Positions 1-11,100 of a DNA stretch of 64,000 nt are shown here, in pieces. The stretch's first letter is position 1. Every line of letters begins with the position of its first letter. The stretch is from Acanthaster planci (taxonomy: Eukaryota). The stretch is from contig NW_019091359.1 of assembly GCF_001949145.1 (NCBI RefSeq), positions 1,195,976-1,259,975 of the forward strand, read 5' to 3'. A model generated the notes under the pieces. That model did no database searches. It was given only the letters and a program-made list of their open reading frames with translations, and had not been told where the DNA came from. A program made the translations under genes and the position numbers.

Positions 1-1275
1 AGAATAGCCGGTATGGTTTTCTCATTCGCTCGGGTCGAAGGCCTGTGGGTGTTGATTTCCATGGCACTCACCCCAAAACTGTACGAACTCTGAGCGGTGG
101 AATGGAGGACGTTTTGTTACCTCGCAACGCCGTTCGGTTGGGCCAAAAACCCACACGCATACTGATTAGCCTTCTCAAGTCTTTGCTCAGAAAGACTCGG
201 CTATGGCAAACGATAACACATGCGCCTATTGAAGCCGCAGGCAAACAGCCGCAGCCACCTCCCGTATCACTTAATATGATATGATAATAATGATAATATG
301 AGAATGGAAACCTGGTACATTGATTTTAATAAGAATAAAGGTATTTATTATTTATTACAATGATGTAAACATGTCCCTAGTTTCTGCAATTGCAATTAAT
401 AATTTAGCATTGAAGCTTTTTGATAAAATTGTTTTAAAAAATTCGGATACTGGTTGAATTAAATGAATTGGACCTCTTTTAAAACACCATTCATTGCACA
501 GTTAGTACAAATTGCTTAAAGTTTTGTGTCTACATTTAACGTTATTTAAATGATCACATAATTCCAATCATTACCACTGATTGAAACTTATTTGCCTGAA
601 GTATAACTGATGTTGAATAAAGAGTTTAATTAATCTGGCAGTTTTAAATCTTACACTTGCCTTAGTTTTTGCCATTTATAGTCTTGGCGTCTTCGGTAGT
701 ATATCCAGAGATAAAAACTACCTTCCCATAATGAGATATGTGACTGGCTCTGAAAAAAATGGCCCTCGCGCTCTCGTGTGACAAACTGATTTTAAGTGAT
801 GCCTATGGATAGAGAAGCATGTAATAAGGATTAAATTTATGCATTTTTGACCTCTGTCGCACATTCAATTTCCGAAATACAGTAAAATTTAGACTTGATC
901 TCTGGCAGGTGTATGGAACGGTCTGTTACATAAAGAGGAAGAGCATGACTTAAGAGCCTTTTTTGCAGAGTGGATCACATATAGTTTATGTTTTAATATT
1001 GAACTTGTGTGACCCGCTTTTCATGTTAGTCGTGTGTATATAATTATGTAAAGTCCAATCATCCAATCAATTATTCTCTCTTCACCATTGTTTTAAATTG
1101 GCGTGAAGAGGAACTTTGACGAATACAATGCAAATGCAGGGAGTTGAAATTTGATGAAACGTTTGGTTGCGCAGTGACAGCTACAGTTGGGCAGAACATC
1201 AAAAGCAGGGCTTAATGGATTTATTCCTGTTGGTTGGGACACTGAGTTACATGTAATTTTGGGAACTGAATCCTC

Positions 1276-3000
1276 TTAAGGCGGACACGCCCCCTCACTA
1301 GCCACAGTCAAGGTATCCAGACCGTTAGCGCAAGCGTATGCCTCCAGAACACAGGCCGATGGATATGTCTGTCCGTCGGTGCCACAGACAGGGGTAGTCG
1401 CGACGGGGCAGGCGGTAACACAGGTGGTGCTGGGCCCGTTGACCGTGGGAGATGCACTCGGGTTGGAGGAGGGAGTGGGTTCAGAGCTGAATGGACCGGG
1501 AGGTGGGTTGGTAGGCGGGTTGGTAGGCCCACTTGACACGCTGGGGTTGGTGACAGGACCATTCGTCATTGTCGTGCCGGCGCTCGGTGGTTGCTCGGTC
1601 GACGGTGAAGTGACCGGACCAAGACCTGCGTGGAGAATAAACGTGCATGAAAATTTCTTAATTTCACTTCCTTAGAAATAAGTAAAGTTAAGCTTCGAAT
1701 TTATGTTAGCAGTCATTTTTCAGAGAAGTCATATTTCCTCTCGATTTGTCATGATGTGTTAACAGGCCTACATGGACAACAAAGAGACCAAAAATAGATT
1801 CGTGATACATGTCTTTTTGGGCTCAAAAATATCCTCGTGAGAAATTTATGCGTCTTCCTTTCTTGCCAGATCATAAAAACACAAGCAGTTCCAAATATTC
1901 TGCAGAAAGACATCACAAGTCATTTTACGTACAGGAACTGATGTGTGGAATATGGACAAAATGAGGCAAAGTTGCTGGCTGGAAGGGTAGTTCACTTTTG
2001 AAGGAAGGAAGTAAGTCTTATTAAACGTGACCGGGCATAATGTCTCATGCAAACCAGAGAGTTTTTTTCTTTTTAAGGCTGGTTTCCTGCCTTTCCCTTC
2101 ATGCAGAATGTATTGAGAGGTCAGGGGACCAACTTAGATTCTTAGGCAAAATCCCATCTAATTTAGATCAGAACTAGTCGCTCTTGGAATGTAAGTTATA
2201 AACCTGTGTCTCCTTCCTCCATGGTTATAAGCACTGATCCGCATTAGTCTGGTACCTTCGAACTTACCAGATGTTGTTCCATCCTCCATCTCGTCGCTCT
2301 CCAGGCTGTTATCTTCCTCGCTCTCACTTTCTTGGTCATGTCTTCCTTTTCCTCCCCCCACTTGGAGGGCAGGGCAGAGTCGGGGGCAACGACCCTCCCC
2401 GATGACGGTGATGTTTCGCCCCTTGAGGCAAGCTATCTTGTCCACAAAGCAGGTAGAGGGGAAGGTAAGGTTACGGAGTCCGATGGAAGCGCAGACGCGG
2501 GTGGCTGGGGTTGGGCGGGGGCATCGGCGACGGCACTGGGGTCTGTCAGTGTCTTGATCACGATCACCTGAATGATACCAGAAAATCGCCACAGGAAACT
2601 GTGATGAGTATCGTCCAATTAGAGATGCTGTTCCATGTATTAGATGGAGAAATTTGTGCTCTGGTTGAGGGAAACTCTTGATTTATTGCGACAAATTGAA
2701 ACTACAGTCCAAACTGTGTGGACTAACACGATCTTCTTGTGACGTATGCAAATATTATTCTCCTGTTCAAACAATTAAAAAAAATGTTGCGTGCATTTAT
2801 ACAATTTTAAAGTTGTTTTGGGTGCATTTATACACTTTAGGGGATTCGAATGGTTAATATAATTAGCATGTTATGCATCAAGTGTTCTGTTATGTCCTAC
2901 CGTGTCTGTTTCCTTGCCTGTGTCGGCCGAAGGGCTTGCATTCGTTCACTGAGACGAGTGCCACCAATAGTACAACGGCGAAGATTGTAACTGTTCTCAT
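1276..3000 (-). CDS. Secreted two-Kazal-domain protein, paralogue A (3 coding exons, 249 aa)
   Basis: Exons 3000-2901 (signal peptide MRTVTIFAVVLLVALVSVNEC), 2567-2268 (Kazal CRRRC..C..C..C..C plus acidic tract) and 1625-1276 (Pro/Ser/Thr stalk plus Kazal CVTACPVATTPVCGTDGQTYPSAC..., TAA stop). Both introns are GT-AG and phase 1; total 750 nt in one frame. Confidence 0.88.
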
Positions 3001-3568
3001 CTTTATCTGGTAAGCTAAAAATTACAATAAAATATATCAGAGTAAGAAAAGTGTCTGATTTCTTTAGTAACAAATTGATTTTTAAATCATCAATAATGAG
3101 AAATTTACAATCGTTGTAGTTCCTTCTGTGTTAAAACGAGACAAATCAGTACAAGAATAAATAAATTTTTTTCTGTTTATGTTTGATTCTTTTTTCATAC
3201 ATAAATTTATACCATTAAGGCATACCTCTACTGAAAACAATCTACTGTGTCATTTTTAACACCACTGTGAAGCATTTTTGTCTTCACGCCTTGAACTCTT
3301 CCATTAGCACCAAATTCGAAGGAAAATTTGGCTCACATTTAAATTGCTTTTCTCTACTGTAAATATATAAGTGGGCACAATATTGCGAGACTTTTAAAAA
3401 TGGTGCCAGGTTATTCTGACCGTATGGAAATAGAGATGGATTTGTCAAACAAGTGAACATTCCCCAAAATTACTTCAGAATGCTTAACTACACCAAATTG
3501 TTTCAAAAATTATAAGCAGTGTCCACGTTTTAAACATTCAGAATCCACCGAAAATTTACGCCACTTAC

Positions 3569-3730
3569 CTTTCCACCTTGCTCTGCTGCTGTTCAAGAAA
3601 ACTCTTCTTCGAGAACGATCCACTTCGGACTTTTTATTCGTTCAGGTCGAAGGTCAGCAGCTAGCTAGTGGTCGTGTTACTCATCCCAAAACTGTGTTCT
3701 GGGAAATAACTTGGACAGATGGTCATGGTG
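3569..3730 (-). promoter_or_regulatory. Putative 5' non-coding exon and promoter of Kazal paralogue A
   Basis: GTAAGT donor at 3568-3563, AATAAAAA TATA-like element near 3631-3638, AGGTCGAAGGTCA direct repeat at 3644-3656, and a TTACTCA bZIP-like site at 3677-3683. Confidence 0.4.
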
Positions 3731-4021
3731 ACGGTCGCAATAGACCACAAGGACGACAACTAAAAACACCCGGATATCCTTTGATGAAGTCACGTTGCCA
3801 CCAAAAACTCGTCCATTATTGCAAGTTTGCCTTTCAGACTTGGACCCGTTGAATCATCGATACCGAGTGGTCACCAATCGAAAGTAAGCAAAAGTTCGTA
3901 GCTTCATGAAAGAAAAAAAAAAGAACTACAAAATATACGAAAAATCTTGACAATCAAATGGACCTGATTCCTTCAGCAAATGATTGAGCAACCTTTTAAA
4001 TTTCCATTCGAAATTACTGAA

Positions 4022-4681
4022 NNNNNNNNNNNNNNNNNNNNNNNNNNNNNNNNNNNNNNNNNNNNNNNNNNNNNNNNNNNNNNNNNNNNNNNNNNNNNNN
4101 NNNNNNNNNNNNNNNNNNNNNNNNNNNNNNNNNNNNNNNNNNNNNNNNNNNNNNNNNNNNNNNNNNNNNNNNNNNNNNNNNNNNNNNNNNNNNNNNNNNN
4201 NNNNNNNNNNNNNNNNNNNNNNNNNNNNNNNNNNNNNNNNNNNNNNNNNNNNNNNNNNNNNNNNNNNNNNNNNNNNNNNNNNNNNNNNNNNNNNNNNNNN
4301 NNNNNNNNNNNNNNNNNNNNNNNNNNNNNNNNNNNNNNNNNNNNNNNNNNNNNNNNNNNNNNNNNNNNNNNNNNNNNNNNNNNNNNNNNNNNNNNNNNNN
4401 NNNNNNNNNNNNNNNNNNNNNNNNNNNNNNNNNNNNNNNNNNNNNNNNNNNNNNNNNNNNNNNNNNNNNNNNNNNNNNNNNNNNNNNNNNNNNNNNNNNN
4501 NNNNNNNNNNNNNNNNNNNNNNNNNNNNNNNNNNNNNNNNNNNNNNNNNNNNNNNNNNNNNNNNNNNNNNNNNNNNNNNNNNNNNNNNNNNNNNNNNNNN
4601 NNNNNNNNNNNNNNNNNNNNNNNNNNNNNNNNNNNNNNNNNNNNNNNNNNNNNNNNNNNNNNNNNNNNNNNNNNNNNNNNN
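4022..4681. other. Assembly gap (660 N)
   Basis: Run of N characters. Confidence 1.
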
Positions 4682-6744
4682 TTTTGAAAAAAAAAATGGC
4701 TATTATTATCATCCAAACAAGCTACTTAATACGATGAACAAATGAAAAAGCGGAACTCACTCCAAAAAATTTAGACAAGTGTGATAAATATTTGTACACA
4801 GAGCCATTATTGTTCTACCTGGGATGACTTCACAGTTCACCTCACGAATCATATGGAAATTTTTATTAGCATACGAACCAAAAGGTTGACGTTTCGCCCC
4901 TTTTCTGCCGTTAAGGGGAGATGGGGAGTCATCTGCATTACAATCAAGCATTTCTACATGTTTTTTAAGTCATGACGATCATGTTTTATGTCTCCTCTAA
5001 AGCGGGAGTCAATTGAATTGCAAAATGGTTTTTAAAATTCGTTTTGCCGGGCTACTTTCGAGTAATTTGAAAGGAGAGGTATTGTACTGCGGGCATAGAC
5101 TGCATGACGTCAATATAGTTCCCTGCATGCAGATGGTTTTCCTGTTCAGCTTCTGACGGTGATGTCAACCTTGTATGTAGGTGTTCTGGAGTATCCAGGT
5201 TAGGTCAGAGTATGGTCGTTCAGCATTTGTCAGTCTTCCGGTGATTAAAAATGCAGAAGTTTTGTTAAATTCTGTTTGGATTCCGTTGAAAAGAAGGGAA
5301 TGAAAAAATGCTGGGGTGTTGTTTTTTTTGGGGGGGGTTCTACCAATGATTTTTCCTGTGTTTAATCTTTAGCTCTATTTGTTCATCATTCTTTCCCCTA
5401 GAGCTTCAACACAGACACATTATTTTTCTGTTTACCAACCCCCGTGTGGGCAGTCGAAGTTCACAGAAAGGTGGTTGGCAAAAGATCTGTTTCAATTTTC
5501 ACACTTGCATCATAAGTGTCAAGGAGGGATGTATCATTTTGTTTTATTCAGCGTTCAGTGCTAGTGCGTGTATGATTATTAAGATTTTTTTGCATTAGAG
5601 GCCGACAACAGATTGCCAACAACTGGTTGACAAAACGGTGACCTCAACGTTACCAAAAAAGGTCTGCAACTTGAATACACTAAGGACGGGAAAGGTTGCA
5701 CGCTATAAGGACACTACTAAGTTTTGCACAAACTAGGGTTTGTTTTCCCAGAAACGGACAACAGGTGCAACAGACAAAATGAGATTTGAGGATTTGACAA
5801 ATAAAAGCCACAGTTTCAATAATTTTTTAGAAAGAGAGCTTTGATTGTCGGCGTCCTGTAACTAGAAATCATGCATTATATTGAGCCCATGTGGGCGCAA
5901 AACACCCTGTTTTTAAGGACGTTGCTGTAAGGTGACGTCATCTCAAATTGCTGACCAACGACGGAAAGCCAGCAACGAGTCAAGCACCTCTGAAACAGAT
6001 ATGTAGGTTCCCTTTTTTTCTGACGGCTGGGTATTTGAAAATCTTGGGTTGGGTGCAGTGCACGGGGGCCAGTCTGAATGTCACCCGTTCTACTTCGTGC
6101 AAGCTCCTCGCTGCATAGAGCGCGCGTCTATCACATTGACTGCTCTGGCGGAGGGGCACCACTTCACTTGAAGTCATGATGGGCGACACTGTTTACCATC
6201 GTGAACTCTAGCCATGTCCGGAATAGTCATGTAACGCTACGGCTACGTCTATTGCTATCGTGTGCCCATGTACAAGCATGTTCGACCGGCAAAGATCTAG
6301 ATCTAGCCGTTGATACAGAATGGTGCGATCTCTCAATGGGTTTATACACGTTTTGCGTCTCCTATTCTGTTACTTTAAAGGATCCATGCAATAAATTTTA
6401 TCCATTTTGTGTATCGTTATACTCATCTCCAATGTATGGACACCGTTTGAAATCCTTTTGAGTTAAGTGAACTGAATAGACACACCCTTTTTTAAACAAA
6501 AAATAATTCCAAGCTTTTCTGGAAGGTGAGGGCGCTGTTGCTGTGTTGTCAATTAGAGAGCGCAATGTTCAGTGTTCAATGTTCCTACATGCTTTCATGT
6601 TCAAATTTTGAACCCCACATTATGCTCATTGAAAACATTATTGAGAAGATATACGGTGCACTGTATTCATAAAAAATATAATGCATGTAGTGGGTCAACG
6701 ATCGTCTTGTTGGGAGGCATGGGTCCACTAAGTAACAGATAATC

Positions 6745-6835
6745 CGCCGTGAGCAGAAGCACCCCCTCATCGGTTGGAAAGAGCCATGTTGGTCGGGAGT
6801 TTTCGTTTTGCTGGTAGCGAAGCGATCGTGCGTGC
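6745..6835 (+). repeat. Dispersed repeat family B, copy 1 (other copies at ~33238-33325 minus, ~44066-44240, ~49240-49340)
   Basis: Shared core GAGCAGAAGCACCCC..TCGGTT.AAAGAGCCATGTTGGT.GGGAGTG.TCATTTTGCTGGTAGC seen at four places; the last copy has only the 3' part. Confidence 0.75.
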
Positions 6836-7494
6836 GCATTTTTACAGCTGATTGTGAACCAGCGAAGTAAGTTCCGACAAAGGGTGCCTCGATTGCTAGG
6901 AAAATTGCGCCCTCTCTTGGTCCAGCTCAGGACTCATAGGCCTTCCCTCAGGCATGCCCCCAAATACCTCCGGCTCTGGGTTGTTCTTGTTTGATGAATT
7001 TTAACCCAATTTGAAGGCTCCTTGTGAAAAAAGCTGACAACACATTCAACGATTTTATTAAATTACCTGAATTTATTAATTAACCAAGGAAATCTTCAAA
7101 ATTTAATCCAGAAAGAATGGAAAGCAAAAAAAAAGTCAAGTTTTACCAAACTGGAATATGAACTTTAACAGGATAAGGAACAAAAAGAATTAATTGCACA
7201 AAACAATTTTGTTTTCTGAAAAAATGGAAGATTGTTCTTTTAAAATACAGAAAGCCCCATTATTCCCGAACTGCAATGCCACAATTTCCCAATCTAAGGT
7301 CACCTGTTTTCGTCATCGATAGCATGTGTGTTTGAAGACAAGATAAGTGTTGTAATGAATGTAAGCCTCTAAAAGGTTCAAGCGATGTATTTTACTCAGA
7401 CGCACTTTTTGTTCAACTCCTGTTTTACTCTTCGATATCCGAAAAATATTTGACATCCTTTTGGGTCAAGGGTATTGCAAAAGGAGACATTTAA

Positions 7495-7820
7495 ATAAAA
7501 TCAAAACTGTCCTTGCTTTCCAGACAATAGGGCGCTGCTGTTGTGATGTCACTCGGGTAAGACCCCGCTCAGTTCATGTTTTTTTCTGTTAAAAATGTGA
7601 GACATATCGGAGGAAGGGTTGCTCGATGTCTTATTACGAAGAACGTGTTCTTTCTCAACAATGTTATTGAAAAAAGTGAATGTTAGGACAGCAAAATATG
7701 AAAAATTACAGTAGTTTTGTGTACACAATCCAAAGTAATTCTCACATTTATGCCTGAAATGACATCAGTTTTGCTCATGAATATGAAAATTCTCATTTGC
7801 ATAAAATCAAAAAGGCACTT
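7495..7820 (-). repeat. Dispersed repeat family A, inverted copy
   Basis: The reverse complement matches 24130-24460 and 25430-25800 (AACAGAAAAA.C.ATG.ACTGA...GTCTT.CC..TGACATCACA...GAAAGCAAGGA.A.TTTTGA). Confidence 0.65.
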
Positions 7821-7926
7821 AACGTATATTGAGACACAAACTGTATTTGTAAGGACAGTATTTAAAATGTTCTGCACATAGATCCTTATCATGTCTATTG
7901 GATAATAATGCGTACAAAAACAATAA

Positions 7927-8045
7927 GGCTGCGTCCGAATCTCTTGTCTAGAGCTAGGTCTAGGTCTTCGCTCCATTGGAAATGCGTGGAGATGCGTAGA
8001 CAATTGGCCTAGCCGTAGCTCTGGAAGCTCGTTTCGGACACGACC
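7927..8045. mobile_element. PIF/Harbinger-type MITE (119 bp)
   Basis: Imperfect TIRs GGCTGCGTCCGAA / TTCGGACACGACC, TAA on both flanks (7924-7926 and 8046-8048), and a largely palindromic interior. Confidence 0.75.
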
Positions 8046-8212
8046 TAAGATTCAATTCTCATAAGTTCAGAAGGCCGCCAATAATGTTCCCCGAACTAAC
8101 AAAAAAGGAAGACACCGGAGCCTCGGAAGACATCAACAAGTAATCTTAAGGGTGTTATTAGCTTCTCTGTGTTAAGTCTTCCCTTGTCAAGGGAATGAAT
8201 TCAGACGGATAT

Positions 8213-9891
8213 CTATGGACGACAAACTCCCGCATAAGCCACTGTCAGCGTGTCGAGATTGTCAACACACGCCGTCACCTCCAGCACGCACTGCGAGGGG
8301 TACGTGTTCCCGTCTGTGCCGCACACGGAGGACGACGGGGCGCAGCTGTCGAAGCTGTTGCACGGGCGGCTGGTGACGGAAATACTCGCGGCGGGGTCCC
8401 CGCTGGCAGGTGTCCCCGCGGCCGGGCTGCTGGTCTGGGCAGTCATCGACGGTGCCAGAGATCCGGAGGGAAGAGTTGTGCCGTTGGGTAACGAGAAAGT
8501 GTCGGTCCCCGATGCAAAAACCGTGCGTAGGGTTGTCGGCGGTTGCGATGGCACGGTCGACGGGGTTACTGGAGCTGAGAAGAAAGGAAATTAATGAAAA
8601 TTAATATTTACCAGTTGGAGTATCGGTCATATTTCTAATATTTATCTGTAATATTGTGAACTAAGGTGAGATTTTGTCTGCTTCTTCGTGGGCATTTCCC
8701 TCCTACGCGAGAACAGTGCCACTTTCCTCGTCAAATTCTGGAGACAAAACAGCTTAGTTGCTTTAAAACAAGAAAATAAGACCCTAAGCACATGCCTTAA
8801 GAATTAGGGAAGTGAGCCAGTCGATATACGGAAACGGAATGCCTACATCATTTTGCATGAAGCGAAAAATTTGGACTCCATCACTACAGTGGGAAATACA
8901 TGTACGAGGCAGTTAGTGTCTCAACTACCTGATGTGATCGGGCTGCCGCCTCCGTCCGTGTCGTTGTTCTCCGGTATTTCCTCACTGTCACTGTCACTGT
9001 CGTCCTCTCTGTCGAACACCTGACGGTCTGGTCCGAAGCAATAAACCCGTGAGACTATAGTGAAGCTACTTCCGGTCCGGCACGTGTTCCTGTCCACCAT
9101 GCACCTTGAGGGAAAGGTGCGGTAGCTGACACCGTCGAAGGCGCACACACGGATATCCCGCGTTGGACGGGGGCATTTGGAGCATTCAGCTGCCGGCTTA
9201 TTGTCGCCGCCTGCCTCATCCACCTGAGGGTTGGGCAAGGTGGGCAGGGGGCACGCACCATCCGAGACGACGGTGAAGCTACTCCCAGTCTTGCAAGCTT
9301 TCCTGTCGACCATGCACCTTGAGGGGAAGGTGCGGTAGCTGACACCGTCGAAGGCGCACACACGGATATCCCGCGTTGGCCGGGGGCACTTGAAGCATTC
9401 AGCTGCCGGCTTATTGTCGCCTACTGTGAGCCGCGCGTATTAAAAAAAAATTAATAATCGTTTTTAATCAGGAGGCATTTGAATACTTTCACAAAGGCTG
9501 AAAACCGGCGTAAAATGTCCACACAGTGATGTGAAATATTTGAAATCCGTCTTCTGAGTAATTCTGGCAGCCTTTGGTGTAGAAAAATAAGGACAGCATT
9601 TTAAATTCTTGAGTGTAAAAAAAATCATCCCACGAAAACAACACAGTTTCAGGCAACATCTGTCACATTGAAGTTTACATTGCATTGTATATCACGTCAT
9701 TGTGTGAACAGAAGTAAAAGCGCAGTGTTTATGGGAACTATCTTGGCCACTGTTCAGTTCATCCCATTTTTGAAAATTGCATCCATACGTTAGGTGTGTT
9801 TACCTTGTCTACCGCTTCCCATCGCCCTAGCCTCGCTAGTTGCGATTAGCGCCACCAAGAGGGTGATTGCAAACAGTGCACCGATCTTCAT
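8213..9891 (-). CDS. Secreted three-Kazal-domain protein, paralogue B (3 coding exons, 314 aa)
   Basis: Exons 9891-9804 (signal peptide MKIGALFAITLLVALIATSEA), 9423-8929 (two near-identical Kazal domains plus EDDSDSDSEE) and 8574-8213 (Pro/Ser/Thr stalk plus Kazal ..VCGTDGNTYPSQC.., TAG stop). Introns are GT-AG and phase 1; total 945 nt; same architecture as paralogue A. Confidence 0.88.
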
Positions 9892-10841
9892 GTTGACTGA
9901 GGAGCTGTTAGAGGGAGCGATAGGGAAATTATTAGACGCTGCTCGAGGCGAAATCGAATAAATCAACTGTAATTGACTGATTTAGTGGTATGCTTGATCA
10001 GGTGTGATGCTATCTGGAGAGAGCCTACTGCGCTGAAAGTCTAGTGTGTTACTCATCTTTTTCATCAAAAATCTATTTCAGTTGACAAAATGGTCATGCT
10101 TCTTGAGCAAAAGACAGCCTTTCAAATAAAAATGATAGGCCAGGCAAGTAGTCTTGCATCTGTAGCTATTTCCAAGGCAAAGTAGGGTCAAGATCTTGTG
10201 GTCATCAGATGTCCAAAATGTAAATAACACAGATGGCAAGAGGATGCGCAAAATTCTATTCTGGTCAAGGTCAGACCATTTTCCCGTTTCACTTCTGAGA
10301 ATCCGTGCACACGAGTCTTTAACCAGCTTTTAAAGGAGATAAAAGATTATGGAGGAAGCAATTTTTTTAACCGCGACCAAAACAGCTTCGTCGGGGCACG
10401 ATCCATATCATAAATTCCTATTTGTGAAAAACGTAACACTATAACAATGCAACCGTAGGGTATTTCTATCTACAGTGCACATTTTGATCTAAGATATTGG
10501 CAGACGACTCAGGATTATAGAGGGAGACAGCTTAGGGAGGTATACAGTCAAATATTTTCGATCAACAGTAGAAGATAAGCAAAATTTGTGTTCGAAAGGA
10601 TCTAATCTTCGCCGGCCTTCACCTATCGTATTAGAAGTGGGGCTTGACACCTCCATAAAGGGGACATAAGTTGGTTTAGGGACGTACAACATTTCAGTAG
10701 ATGGCATTTTGAAAATTTCACCAAGAGGCCAAATCTGTCAAAATATTGTCCACTTTTTCAACAGCTCATCGACACAAATGTACCCCCAAATGAGGGGCTG
10801 AGCCTCACGAAACAATATAAACTAAGAAGAGTCATCACTCA

Positions 10842-11100
10842 CCCTGTTTTTCAGTCTGGTGTGAAGTGAAGAACAGTGTTTATTCAACAGATAGCTTTGG
10901 GCTTTATAGTCGACAAACCGACAAACACATTATGATGCCGTCACCAGGGCATTCTCTGCGTTTTACATAGGTCTCAATATGACAGGCCTAACGTGCTGAA
11001 AAACAGCAATGCCGGATGTCCGTTGACTCATGACAATGATTCAATCCAGTCTTGGAAAACGACGTCTATTTCAGATTGTTTGTGTCCGGGTTGACTCATC
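10842..11100 (-). promoter_or_regulatory. Putative first non-coding exon and core promoter of Kazal paralogue B
   Basis: GTGAGT donor at 10841-10836, TATAAA at 10908-10903, two perfect AP-1 sites (TGACTCA at 11024-11030 and 11092-11098), and an acceptor CAG at 9907-9905 just before the ATG exon. Confidence 0.5.

Noticed and set aside
1308..1675. Overlapping Pro- and Gly/Val-rich ORFs; likewise 8195-8604 and 15275-15856
   Set aside because: Other frames or antisense reads of real exons.
3973..4745. Four long ORFs of 232-253 aa
   Set aside because: They are artefacts of translating the N gap.
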